In this document: piece after piece, positions 46,580 through 55,830 of the stretch
Position numbering within the stretch: the first letter of the stretch is position 1
Layout: every line of letters starts with the position of its first letter
Virus record (IMG/VR): IMGVR_UViG_3300042465_009257
Location: 96,001-160,000 of that record
Source of the DNA: a virus
Reading direction: 5' to 3' (one strand)
Length of the DNA: 64,000 nt
Program-made: the position numbers and the translations under genes
The notes under the pieces: generated by a model
Databases searched by the model: none
Told to the model about the DNA's origin: nothing
The model's input: the letters and a program-made list of their open reading frames with translations, nothing else

Positions 46580-48322
46580 AGGTTGGTTAATAGGAGTTAC
46601 AATAGGTTTATTAGATGAGGAAATTTTATTTTCACTTTTTTTAATATTTTTTCCAGCATAAGATTCCTCTACTTCTTTGGCACTTGCTAGCGTTGGATCA
46701 ATGCGTAAAAGTTCTGCTTGGGAAAACTCTTTTTCACCATCCCATTCGTAGTCATCCCCTTGAGCCTTTTTATAGGCATCTTTATCTGGATAGTCATCAC
46801 TACCTGGCTTTGCAGGTCTGTAATTCTTGCCCATTTTCTTTTTCTTATCACGAATATTTTCCCAAAGACCTTTCTTCGCGGCCTCAATCTTTTCCATATC
46901 TTCCTCGTCTTCCATTTCTGATGGCTCTTGGCTATAAATGACATAGTCATGAATGCTAGAAACATAATCTTCTGCTAAAGCCGCCATCCCTTGTAGAAAA
47001 GGCTCAGAAAGGTTTTCTTTTACAACTGGATCATTAGCATAAGTTAAAATAGTTTCAGCGTGCTTTTGGATGGAAGAAATAGACCCAAGAACCATTTCCG
47101 CAAGATCTTCTTTTAGATCCATCATTTCTTCTTCTACGGAAGCGACAATTTCACTGACAGGTTCGCCGCTCCACATTTTGCAACTCCAATAATTAGCTTT
47201 CCACTTTGGCCCAGGATTGACATCACAACCATGACGAGAACGGTAAGCTTTTCGACGATCAGGATCATCCCGCTTAATTTCCATATTTGGGTCGCCGAAC
47301 TTTACAGTAACGACATTCCCCTTATCATTTTTAACATAGACACCAAATTTCTTTTTTGATCCAGATGGAAGACGGAAAGGTTTATTTAAAACTTTTTCAG
47401 CAGCAGAAACTTCAATTTCAAGTTCAATTTTAACCATCTTTTTGCCCTCTTCGTCATCATCCTCCATTTCAGGAGATTCTTCTTCTGGTTCTTCCATCTC
47501 TGGTTCTTCCATTTCCATTTCTGGATCTTCCATTTCAGAATCGTCCATTTCCATATCAGGTTCTTTCATTTCCATATCATTTTTATAAGTCAAAATTCCT
47601 TTAACATCTGCCGCTGGTTGTAGAACCAAGCCCGCCCCAAGAATAGTAGGCTTTGAAATTACCCTGTATAGTGATTGACCATCTGGTGTAATTCCTTTCC
47701 CACCGTTGCACCTTAAATATTTAGATAAGCTTTCAACTTCTTTTTCGTCTTCAATAATTGTGGCATAAGCAAGATTCCTACTATTTAAAGCGATCTTATA
47801 GCTTTGGAATCCAACTTCGAAAGAGGTAGAAATGCTTTGATAATGTGGAGAATCTGGATTATCACACTCTTCTACGATTTGATCAATATCTCCAATAACT
47901 CTCCAAATAACGGCAGAAGCGGCAAGGTTAAAGGGAGTGGAAAGACCCATCACTTCTTTTTCAGTCATTAATTTGCTATCAGCATAGCTGGAAAAAGATG
48001 CTGAGGTAAGACATCCTACTACTTCTTCTCGATTGTGTTCAATATTAAATTGTTTATACTTAATATTCTTAGCCATTTCAATAATATCTGCTGTTAAAAC
48101 AGCATCGTCATTTAAATTAGCTTGATTGGCTACAGCTAAATTAAAACTGACATAAAGTAAATCTGGATTTTTATCAATTTCTTCTTTGCTTGGGAGAAGA
48201 CCGGATAAAGCGGAAATATCCCGCGCCGCTGAAGCAAAAGCGGAAAAACTCTCGAAGTCTTTGCGTTCCCGGTGTAAAATAGAAGCCTTCGAAGTAAAGG
48301 TCGTGCGATATTTAAAATCCAT
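46001..48322 (-). CDS. prohead protease-scaffold multidomain protein
   Basis: N-terminal NIEHNREEVVG...STSFEVGF...GAGLVLQPAAD protease motifs; acidic linkers; basic inserts; C-terminal coiled coil. Confidence 0.8.
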   Translation of the reverse strand: MDFKYRTTFTSKASILHRERKDFESFSAFASAARDISALSGLLPSKEEIDKNPDLLYVSFNLAVANQANLNDDAVLTADIIEMAKNIKYKQFNIEHNREEVVGCLTSASFSSYADSKLMTEKEVMGLSTPFNLAASAVIWRVIGDIDQIVEECDNPDSPHYQSISTSFEVGFQSYKIALNSRNLAYATIIEDEKEVESLSKYLRCNGGKGITPDGQSLYRVISKPTILGAGLVLQPAADVKGILTYKNDMEMKEPDMEMDDSEMEDPEMEMEEPEMEEPEEESPEMEDDDEEGKKMVKIELEIEVSAAEKVLNKPFRLPSGSKKKFGVYVKNDKGNVVTVKFGDPNMEIKRDDPDRRKAYRSRHGCDVNPGPKWKANYWSCKMWSGEPVSEIVASVEEEMMDLKEDLAEMVLGSISSIQKHAETILTYANDPVVKENLSEPFLQGMAALAEDYVSSIHDYVIYSQEPSEMEDEEDMEKIEAAKKGLWENIRDKKKKMGKNYRPAKPGSDDYPDKDAYKKAQGDDYEWDGEKEFSQAELLRIDPTLASAKEVEESYAGKNIKKSENKISSSNKPIVTPINQPMKITDLKSAIAAIEGVDSEAFASKAVCDFITSEIAKANELYVTEQTLKAESEASLAAALSDATEAKAKFEELSARLAEVEAQAAAQAAQDIFDARFNSLSEVYNVEDPKLRSLIAKQIRDLDEAAFESWKQEDGLVILAGKEKEKTPVNIEQATELMKEAKASVEDLPNAQDLADKPKFNILDLSDLIEIKA
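46597..46623 (-). promoter_or_regulatory. internal late promoter TTTCC-N17-TGTAA
   Basis: Perfect motif inside the coding sequence (encodes ISSSNKPIVT). Confidence 0.7.
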
Positions 48323-48331
48323 ATATTTTTG

Positions 48332-48358
48332 TTACAATCAAATGTAAAAAAAAGGAAA
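48332..48358 (-). promoter_or_regulatory. late promoter TTTCC-N17-TGTAA
   Basis: Perfect motif, 9 nt before the ATG at 48322. Confidence 0.75.
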
Positions 48359-49207
48359 TTAAAATTTCACAACTAAATCTTGATCTGAAAATATTGGCCG
48401 AATCAATTTGTTTCCAATACAATCTAAATCATTAATTTTGAAATCACCTTTATTTAAAAAGAAATAAATATCTGAGAAGACATTAAATTTCGCCGCAGAT
48501 TTAGGCAGTTCCGATAACGCGATAAATACAGAATCTCCTCCATTCCCAGAAATCGACAGATTTGAAAATCGATTGTAGTTTGAATGTCTCATAAAAATTC
48601 CTTCCTTTTTATTCCCATTAATAGAGCTATAAAGAATAGTATTCTTATCAAAATTTAAGTCTAAGCTAATCCCTGCGGCCTCATTCTGCGTAGATTCTAA
48701 ATTATATAATAAACATCCTTCTGATTCATAACCTGCGACTCCATCGAAAAAGTTTTCGCTGAATACTGAGTTTAGTACAGCAACCCGCCGCGAACCTCTT
48801 TCTAAAACCAAGCCGCCCGACCGGCAATTCCGTACCGAGACATTGCTTATAATCACATTGTCAGCGTTTCTCACGGAAATTCCGTTATTCCTAATATGGC
48901 CGCGCTTTTCAATTTCAAATTGCTGATTGGCTTTATTTCCATCTATCTCAACACCATAGATAAAAATGTCACGGCTGACCGTGGGAAAATCTTCGTCCGA
49001 CCCCGCAATTATGACTGGGCAATTCGCGCCGCTTTCAAGGTAAAGTGTGGAGTTATCGCCGATCAAACTCTGTCCGGATTTCAGGATAATAGGAGTTTTG
49101 ACGATGGTTACTCCGGGTGGAAGAAAAATTGTATTTGCGTCTGCGCCTACAGGCTTATAAGACGGGAACAGGCAAAAAATAAGAATAGCTACAATGGAGG
49201 CTTTCAT
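48359..49207 (-). CDS. secreted right-handed beta-helix protein
   Basis: Signal-like N-terminus; IFLPPG...EIDGNKANQ...GISV..ADNVIISNV beta-helix rungs. Confidence 0.75.
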   Translation of the reverse strand: MKASIVAILIFCLFPSYKPVGADANTIFLPPGVTIVKTPIILKSGQSLIGDNSTLYLESGANCPVIIAGSDEDFPTVSRDIFIYGVEIDGNKANQQFEIEKRGHIRNNGISVRNADNVIISNVSVRNCRSGGLVLERGSRRVAVLNSVFSENFFDGVAGYESEGCLLYNLESTQNEAAGISLDLNFDKNTILYSSINGNKKEGIFMRHSNYNRFSNLSISGNGGDSVFIALSELPKSAAKFNVFSDIYFFLNKGDFKINDLDCIGNKLIRPIFSDQDLVVKF

Positions 49208-50481
49208 GATGTTATTTTAATTTTAGATATCAGAGTCCATTTTTTATAATGGTTCGCATTGTCACACACAATTCTTCTTAACCCCTGATAGTTAAGATTG
49301 TGGTCTTTAGCGAATTGATAAACATTTTCAAATTCATATTCTTTTCCCTCTGGAGATCTGACTTTGAATAAAAACCTATTGCCGTTCTTACCCAAAAACC
49401 AACCAGATAAAGAGTCTATTTCCTTGGAAATAAGAAGTCTTAAATCAGATGAATTAAGCCCATGATCCAAGGAAAATTTATCAATATTGTCAACTCTAAA
49501 GGATATCTTATCTGGTGACGTAACATACTTTTTCATAACAATTTCTGCTCCTGCGATTCTTGTCCATCCATCAATAACATTAATTTTTCCTTCAAAGAGA
49601 TGGTAAATACTTCTCCATGGCACATCATACTCTTCCGCAAACTTAATAATAGATTCAAACTTAACTACACCAAAACTATCTTTAAATAGGGAAAACTGAT
49701 TTCTGGGGATTTCAATTCCTGGTAATGTCCACCCCTTAGCTTCCATGAAAGTAGATTTTAACACTGAAGTGACAGAAACGGGACTTAAATGGTTTTCTTT
49801 GCAAAATTTTCTAATATTCGAAAATGAATGAATTCTTCCATCAGGCGACTTTAATTTATAAATTGGAATATCAGTTTCTGGTAGACTCCATCCCTTATGT
49901 TTCTTTCTTACCCCACTTATGACTGAATTAACTTTAGATTCGATAAGTCCGTGAATTTGAGAAAAACGACGAACGCTTGTAGAAAACTCATGAATTTTTC
50001 CTTCTGGATCTTTTAATTTAATTGTAGATCCACCTCTTCTTTCCATCGCTCGAAGATCACACTCCTCTTGAGTAAGAATTTTTCCATATCCCGCAGAATA
50101 TGTTGATCTACACAAATTCATTCCATTGCCTGTCCAAGGAAATGGCTGTAGCAAATCAAGGTAAGTTTGTTCAACTGTTGTTACCGCTTCTGGATTTTGA
50201 ATAGATTCAAGAAGATACCAAGCGAAGCTAGAACCATATTTTTCATACTCAGCCTGAAGAACACGATTCTCATGCTTTTTATTTTTTAGCAAGCGTATAT
50301 GATTTCTCAATCTTTTTTTAATATTAGTAGAACTTCCAATATAGACTCTTCCAGTTTTAACTGACAGGCAAGCATAAACTCCGCACATACAAGTTTTAAG
50401 AAAACCCTCTTTAAAAATATCGAAACCTTCTGCTATTAATAGCACAGGTTCAATTTCAATGTCCATTAAATCAAATATCAT
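49204..50481 (-). CDS. GIY-YIG endonuclease with 5 tandem SPxG..KGW repeats
   Basis: GVY...VYIGSS..IKKRLRNH...EQTYLD...GMN. Confidence 0.88.
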   Translation of the reverse strand: MIFDLMDIEIEPVLLIAEGFDIFKEGFLKTCMCGVYACLSVKTGRVYIGSSTNIKKRLRNHIRLLKNKKHENRVLQAEYEKYGSSFAWYLLESIQNPEAVTTVEQTYLDLLQPFPWTGNGMNLCRSTYSAGYGKILTQEECDLRAMERRGGSTIKLKDPEGKIHEFSTSVRRFSQIHGLIESKVNSVISGVRKKHKGWSLPETDIPIYKLKSPDGRIHSFSNIRKFCKENHLSPVSVTSVLKSTFMEAKGWTLPGIEIPRNQFSLFKDSFGVVKFESIIKFAEEYDVPWRSIYHLFEGKINVIDGWTRIAGAEIVMKKYVTSPDKISFRVDNIDKFSLDHGLNSSDLRLLISKEIDSLSGWFLGKNGNRFLFKVRSPEGKEYEFENVYQFAKDHNLNYQGLRRIVCDNANHYKKWTLISKIKITS

Positions 50482-51131
50482 TAACCTTTTTTAAATAAAG
50501 CTGCTTCAGCACGGCGACGACGACGTAAACCAGGGTGTCCGCTTTGAGGGTCATCGCTCGGCCAGACCCGTTGCATAGCTAAAAACTGAGTCGTGATTTT
50601 ATCAACCTTTTCCCCCAAATCAATATTAGATTTAAGGATTGTAGCTATATTTTTCATTTCTACCCTACGTGAACCTTCTAATAGAGTTCCGCGATTAAAA
50701 ACTAAACTTGTCAAAACTCCACGCTGATTAGGAGTCAGAAGCTCAAGGCCAGGAAAAGTGTCATAAGCTTTTTTCGTCCATTTCGGAACAATGCATCTAT
50801 CAAAGACTTCCCGCGCCTGAATTTTTGTGATTGGAGTAATTCCACGAAAACGAGATTCAATAGCCTCTGCCGCCGCCCCTTTTTTCCCAATAGCAGTTAA
50901 AAGTAAATTAAAATCCTGTAGAGATAAATGCTGCTTCCAATAGTCTGTAAATTCTGCTACTGTAGTATAACCTAAATCTACTCCATATCCTAAAGTAATT
51001 CCAGAGTCGCCAGGGGGTCTCTTCCAAGGTTGGTCGATTCCTTCAAATTCTAAAATGAGATCAATTGATTCTTTTCCGATTATCATAGTTTTTTCTTTGC
51101 GCGAAAATAGATTATTAAGCCACTTCCACAT
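50481..51131 (-). CDS. endolysin (lysozyme fold, GH24/pesticin-like)
   Basis: EFEG...SGITLGYGVDLG...SLVFNRG...GLRRRRRAEAALF. Confidence 0.85.
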   Translation of the reverse strand: MWKWLNNLFSRKEKTMIIGKESIDLILEFEGIDQPWKRPPGDSGITLGYGVDLGYTTVAEFTDYWKQHLSLQDFNLLLTAIGKKGAAAEAIESRFRGITPITKIQAREVFDRCIVPKWTKKAYDTFPGLELLTPNQRGVLTSLVFNRGTLLEGSRRVEMKNIATILKSNIDLGEKVDKITTQFLAMQRVWPSDDPQSGHPGLRRRRRAEAALFKKG

Positions 51132-51144
51132 AATTTTTAATTAG

Positions 51145-51519
51145 TTATCGAACTCCCGCTTTAAATTTATCAGATAAAACGACAAAATGAACTGCTGCTT
51201 CCGAAGTCAGATAAATTTTGCCGCTTGGTTCAATGGTTACGCCCTCGCCAGATAGAATCGGCGGAATTTCCTTTGTGCCTAATAGAGCAACAAGAGATTC
51301 ATATCTCGTTAAAGCCTTATTGGTAATAAGAAATCCTTTTCCTTCCACGTATTCAATAATGCCAGAGTTCTGGGTATTCTCGTCCCAAGAGGGTTGTTCC
51401 TCTACAATACGTGGTGGAATAATCGTTTTAATATCCGCCGCTTTACAAGCGACAAAAACGAAACTAGCCAGAAACGCGAATACGCAATTGATCCAAAGCT
51501 TCTTGTTTTTGTTTTTCAT
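51145..51519 (-). CDS. putative outer spanin lipoprotein
   Basis: Lipobox FVA-C after a basic/hydrophobic leader; overlaps the i-spanin gene. Confidence 0.6.
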   Translation of the reverse strand: MKNKNKKLWINCVFAFLASFVFVACKAADIKTIIPPRIVEEQPSWDENTQNSGIIEYVEGKGFLITNKALTRYESLVALLGTKEIPPILSGEGVTIEPSGKIYLTSEAAVHFVVLSDKFKAGVR

Positions 51520-51715
51520 TTCCAGTATTGATTATTTTGACAAGATTTTCTGCGCTGTCCTTGGCCTTAATATCCTCTATTTGTTCTGCACGTTTAACTT
51601 GTTCATCTGTATTCTTCTTTTTAAACTCTTCTACTTTGAGATCCTCTTTCGATTTTCTAATTCCAAAAAATTTATCAATAATAGAGAGAACGGCGGCAAC
51701 GATACTAGTCCACAT
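51464..51715 (-). CDS. putative inner spanin
   Basis: N-terminal hydrophobic segment plus coiled coil; overlaps the lipoprotein gene. Confidence 0.6.
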   Translation of the reverse strand: MWTSIVAAVLSIIDKFFGIRKSKEDLKVEEFKKKNTDEQVKRAEQIEDIKAKDSAENLVKIINTGNEKQKQEALDQLRIRVSG

Positions 51716-51718
51716 GAA

Positions 51719-52150
51719 TTAAATATATTTTTGAGAAGAAAGGCTTAAGCCAAGCGCAATTTCATTAATTAGCTTTGCAGCTTTTACTACATCGTCATCA
51801 GAAAGTCCCTTGGTTGTGGATTCATAATAACTCCCCAAGGTCGCGGCAAGTACAACCCAATGGGGTTTATCAGGAAGACTATTCATAACAAACTGTTCCA
51901 AATCTTCACGGGTTGGCTTTGCGTCAAAAGTGATGCCCTTAAGTTTTTCAGAAAGATTAAAAACAATCCTAGCTTTTTCGATGCGATCTTCGTCAGATAC
52001 AGCTTTTTCAAAGATTACAGAAGAAATTAATGCCGCAGTAGGAGCAACGAGAATTTGATTATCGGTGACAGAGTCAATGACCTTACGGTAGGTCGTGCAA
52101 GAAGTAAATAAAAGTGAGGTCGCTAGTGCGGCGAGGATTGCGGTTTTCAT
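51719..52150 (-). CDS. lipoprotein in lysis cassette
   Basis: MKTAILAALATSLLFTS-C lipobox. Confidence 0.7.
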   Translation of the reverse strand: MKTAILAALATSLLFTSCTTYRKVIDSVTDNQILVAPTAALISSVIFEKAVSDEDRIEKARIVFNLSEKLKGITFDAKPTREDLEQFVMNSLPDKPHWVVLAATLGSYYESTTKGLSDDDVVKAAKLINEIALGLSLSSQKYI

Positions 52151-52154
52151 ATAA

Positions 52155-52484
52155 TTAATTAATCTTTTTCTGGTTTACGTCCGATTCATCAGACATTAAT
52201 TCCTTCTTACCTTCTGGTTGATTTTCAGTAAGTACTTCTTTGATTACATCTTTTTCTACTAAAGTCTCTGGGCGAGATTGAGCGGCGAAGAAAAGACCGG
52301 CTGCGAGACTCATCTCTTTTAAGAAATTAGCCATCCCTACGAGGAAAGTAGCGACATCTGGACCGAGAAAAGCTACAGACCCAGGATTGTTTGAAATCGA
52401 GTATGAGAGTAAAGCCACTAATCCGCACCACGATGTTAATGGATCACGCCGAAAGTTTGTCAGAAATTTAGTTAGAGACTCCAT
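52155..52484 (-). CDS. putative holin
   Basis: Two hydrophobic segments and a charged tail. Start moved to the ATG at 52484 (MESLTKF), 8 nt after the promoter motif. Confidence 0.6.
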   Translation of the reverse strand: MESLTKFLTNFRRDPLTSWCGLVALLSYSISNNPGSVAFLGPDVATFLVGMANFLKEMSLAAGLFFAAQSRPETLVEKDVIKEVLTENQPEGKKELMSDESDVNQKKIN

Positions 52485-52488
52485 AATT

Positions 52489-52686
52489 CTAGTTACAATA
52501 GTTTTTCGATTTAGGGAAATTATATTCACTCGGGGTATATATTGACCACCCTTTATAAAATTTCCGGTATCCGTTTAACATCCGTTTAAAAGGAGATTGA
52601 ATTAAGAAGTGCGTTTTGCAAAACTCGTCAACATTTGAAACTAAAAATAAAATTCCCTTCGGACTGTGTAAAATTATAGATTTCAT
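52489..52686 (-). CDS. single SPxG..KGW repeat mini-protein
   Basis: LHSPKG...NVDEFCKTH...LNGYRKFYKGW matches the GIY-YIG C-terminal repeats. Confidence 0.65.
   Translation of the reverse strand: MKSIILHSPKGILFLVSNVDEFCKTHFLIQSPFKRMLNGYRKFYKGWSIYTPSEYNFPKSKNYCN
52493..52519 (-). promoter_or_regulatory. late promoter TTTCC-N17-TGTAA for lysis genes
   Basis: Perfect motif, embedded in the 3' end of ORF 52489..52686. Confidence 0.75.
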
Positions 52687-52688
52687 TA

Positions 52689-53819
52689 TTAATTATTTGA
52701 AAATTCAGACACTTTGAATCTATTAATTTCACTTAAAGTTGAAGAAAAACCTTTATGTTCTTTGTGAGAGCCATTAAAAATTTTAGCTAAATTTGATAGT
52801 GTTATATCGTTCTCTTCGCAAAAATGATAACGATTTTTAATCTTTACGAAATGCCCCTCCGAAGAAATTAAATACTCTGGATCGCTTGAAAGTTTCCACC
52901 CCTTATAAATTTTTACCTTGCCGTTTAAGACATTTAAAAGAGAACTACACACTAAATTATGACGTTTTGCAAATTCTACGTTGTTGACAACTTTTAAAAG
53001 CTCTCCGTCAGGGCTTTCTATCCACGGATAAGAAGATTCTGGAAGAGGATTACCCCCTTTTAAGAACCAGCCACGGAATGAATCTCTTTTCCCTTTAAGT
53101 AAATCGTATACCTTATCTTTATGAAGCTTATATTTTTTAATAAAATCGCTTGCGACTGGCACACTGACCTCTTCACCAGTTGGAGAAACTAAAACAGGGA
53201 TAGCTTGAAATTCTGATTCTGGTAATGTCCACCCACGATGGCTTTTTATCGAGCCGTTTGTTAAGTGAGATATTCCATTAGAAGAAATCCCGTGCTTGGA
53301 AGCAAAATTCTTAAATGATCCTGAAAATTCATGAGTGACTCCATTTGGGTCCCTAATCTTTACGGGGTCTAGACTCCCCCTCTTTTTTTGAAGGTAATCC
53401 AAACCTCTTTCCCTTTGTCTTGTTTTACCAGCAACCGTGCATATGTTAAATCCAGTCCCTTCGAATGGCAATAAAACGTCTAAAAATATCTGCTCCAAAG
53501 AAAATAGTTCATCTTTATCCTCGACTCGCACTAAAGCGTACCATACAAAAGAATCATTGCCATATTTGTTATAAGATCGTTGAAGGTAGGAATTACCATG
53601 AATATTCTTCCCCAAGAGTCTTTTATGACCATTTATCCTGCGTCTAATATCTGCGGAACTCCCTATGTAAAATTTTCCATTTCCTTTACAGTAGGCTGCA
53701 TACACTGCCATAAAAGTTCCGGAAGCTCTTTTCAAAAAGTCTTCTGAATCAGATAAAATAACAAAAGGGTCTACCTCTAATGTTATTTGGTTCCAAAAAT
53801 TAAAAACCTCGTTATTCAT
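52689..53819 (-). CDS. GIY-YIG endonuclease with 4 tandem repeats
   Basis: AVY...FYIGSSADIRRRINGH...LEQIFLD...GFNI. Confidence 0.88.
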   Translation of the reverse strand: MNNEVFNFWNQITLEVDPFVILSDSEDFLKRASGTFMAVYAAYCKGNGKFYIGSSADIRRRINGHKRLLGKNIHGNSYLQRSYNKYGNDSFVWYALVRVEDKDELFSLEQIFLDVLLPFEGTGFNICTVAGKTRQRERGLDYLQKKRGSLDPVKIRDPNGVTHEFSGSFKNFASKHGISSNGISHLTNGSIKSHRGWTLPESEFQAIPVLVSPTGEEVSVPVASDFIKKYKLHKDKVYDLLKGKRDSFRGWFLKGGNPLPESSYPWIESPDGELLKVVNNVEFAKRHNLVCSSLLNVLNGKVKIYKGWKLSSDPEYLISSEGHFVKIKNRYHFCEENDITLSNLAKIFNGSHKEHKGFSSTLSEINRFKVSEFSNN

Positions 53820-53847
53820 ATTTCACCGTTAATTTTCAGAAATAAGA

Positions 53848-55758
53848 CTATTCACCCATACCATGGAAAAGAATCGTTGCTGCGGTCAAATCTAACTCGT
53901 GATCCTCCATTAATTCGCAAATTTTGTTATATTGAGTGCCAGAGTAATCGAAACTCAACGGGCTCTCAACGTAATTGGCGACAACTCCTCCAATCCACCT
54001 ATCAATCGGCTCAATAGACATGATTCGCTCCCACATGGAATCTACCAGTTTTTTATGATTCTGGCTTAGACGGGTAATAGAATTCTTCTCCTTGTAAATG
54101 GAGCCAACCATATTTGCCAATTCCTGCATTTTCGGCATATTCTCTTTGATTTTTGCCAAGCTTGCCTTTCCTTGTGGGGAAATAGTATTCTTGCTCTTTG
54201 GCGCAGTAGTTCCAGTTGGGCGACCAGCTTCGGCTTTGTTCCCGATTAGAGGTTCATAAATTTTATCTTTTTTCTGCGCTTTAAATACCTTTTGATTCTC
54301 CAAGGACTCTTCCTCAATGGGGAGGTGGTTGGTTTCGTAAGCATTGAATAGTTCTTTTGGCGTCAAAGCTCCGAGTTCATAGAGTCGGTTGTAGAGTTTC
54401 TTGCTTTCGTTCAGGGACTCCAAGGTGACCTCTTCAAATCGTGGCATTGGGGTTTCTTTAAAACCCATCTCCTCAGCAATTAACTTCATTTCAGGATAAA
54501 GGAAGTATTGGATGAATGATTCCCTTGCCTGTGATAAAAGCTCAAGATAAATCTTTGTTTTAGTTTGACCTGTGGCGAAATTCTCATCAGAACCCATGAT
54601 ATCATTCATTCCGTTCAGGATTTCTTTGTCCACGTTTACATACTTCTCATTTCCGAAAATCTCGTTCAATTTAGGAATAACAAATTGAGCTTGGGCACTA
54701 TAATCTGCGAAAAGAACTCTTCCTACGCTTTGGGCGGAAAAAAGATTAGCCATGCCTTCAAGCAATTGACGATTCTTCTTGCCTTCTCTTTTTTCATCCC
54801 CCGCCGTAATCAAAAGAATGCAGTAATCCGCCGAGGCCGCGACCTTCTCTTCCGAGGAGCGGAGAATTTGCTTAAAGTTAATCGATTTAAGAACTCCAAA
54901 ATAAGGAGGGACAGCCATTGGCTCATAAGACTGTTTAGCATTGAACGCCAAACGCAAACGGTCCATTTCCAATTTAATTACTGGTTGCTGACCAGTTGAA
55001 ATTGCTTTTTTAGATTGTTCGTCCAGCCCGCTAAAAATGTCCTTATCATGCTGGGTTGTTCCATTCTTAAGCATCTCAACTTCATAAGGATTAAGCACTT
55101 TACCATATTCCTGTCCAGAAAAAACAGAAGATCCAATGCCGCGAACATCGACAGGATTAATGATGATATACTTGAGAGGAATTTTGCGGGCCTTGGCGAT
55201 AGCTTCCTTTTCTCCCGCCACAGCGAGTTTTTTTACTTCAGATAATTTAATCTCTCCATCAAAACGATAAACTAAAACATTTCCTGAACGGAACCACTCC
55301 AGAAAGAATTGATTTGCAATATCCCAGATATTTACCTTTTGTGCCCACTCATCAAAAAATTTAATTATTTTTTTATCCTTACCCATGAAGTGAATCGGAG
55401 TATTGGATAGATAAGACTGCATCAAAATTGGATTGCGGAAAGAAGGAAAAGAATAAAATGCTTTTTGGCATAATTCAATACTTTCGTGTGAGCCGATTCC
55501 ACAGCGGTCATAAGAAAACGGATTGGCCGAATTTAAGATATGGAAATACTGGCTGGTTTCCGATTTATAAACTTGATTATCATAGCTTTCTGGGTTAACT
55601 CGGGAGATGCTGGCCTTTACCTCGTAGCCCTGCTTATTGAGAACCTCACTATTGATCATTGCCCCGGCGCATAACTCATCCTCCCCTTTCCCAAAAATTT
55701 CGAGGACTACGCCTCTTGTATCTTTTTCACGCGGCTTATTAGGGTTGAGTCTGGACAT
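53848..55758 (-). CDS. portal protein
   Basis: 636 aa directly after terL; QFFLEWFRSGNVLVY and YIIINP portal-like motifs. Confidence 0.8.
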   Translation of the reverse strand: MSRLNPNKPREKDTRGVVLEIFGKGEDELCAGAMINSEVLNKQGYEVKASISRVNPESYDNQVYKSETSQYFHILNSANPFSYDRCGIGSHESIELCQKAFYSFPSFRNPILMQSYLSNTPIHFMGKDKKIIKFFDEWAQKVNIWDIANQFFLEWFRSGNVLVYRFDGEIKLSEVKKLAVAGEKEAIAKARKIPLKYIIINPVDVRGIGSSVFSGQEYGKVLNPYEVEMLKNGTTQHDKDIFSGLDEQSKKAISTGQQPVIKLEMDRLRLAFNAKQSYEPMAVPPYFGVLKSINFKQILRSSEEKVAASADYCILLITAGDEKREGKKNRQLLEGMANLFSAQSVGRVLFADYSAQAQFVIPKLNEIFGNEKYVNVDKEILNGMNDIMGSDENFATGQTKTKIYLELLSQARESFIQYFLYPEMKLIAEEMGFKETPMPRFEEVTLESLNESKKLYNRLYELGALTPKELFNAYETNHLPIEEESLENQKVFKAQKKDKIYEPLIGNKAEAGRPTGTTAPKSKNTISPQGKASLAKIKENMPKMQELANMVGSIYKEKNSITRLSQNHKKLVDSMWERIMSIEPIDRWIGGVVANYVESPLSFDYSGTQYNKICELMEDHELDLTAATILFHGMGE

Positions 55759-55801
55759 AATTAGGTAAAATTAGGGATTAAAGTTGAATATCTGCTCTTA
55801 A

Positions 55802-55828
55802 TTACAGGATAAAGCGTATTAAAGGAAA
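55802..55828 (-). promoter_or_regulatory. late promoter TTTCC-N17-TGTAA
   Basis: Perfect motif upstream of the portal gene. Confidence 0.75.
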
Positions 55829-55830
55829 AT

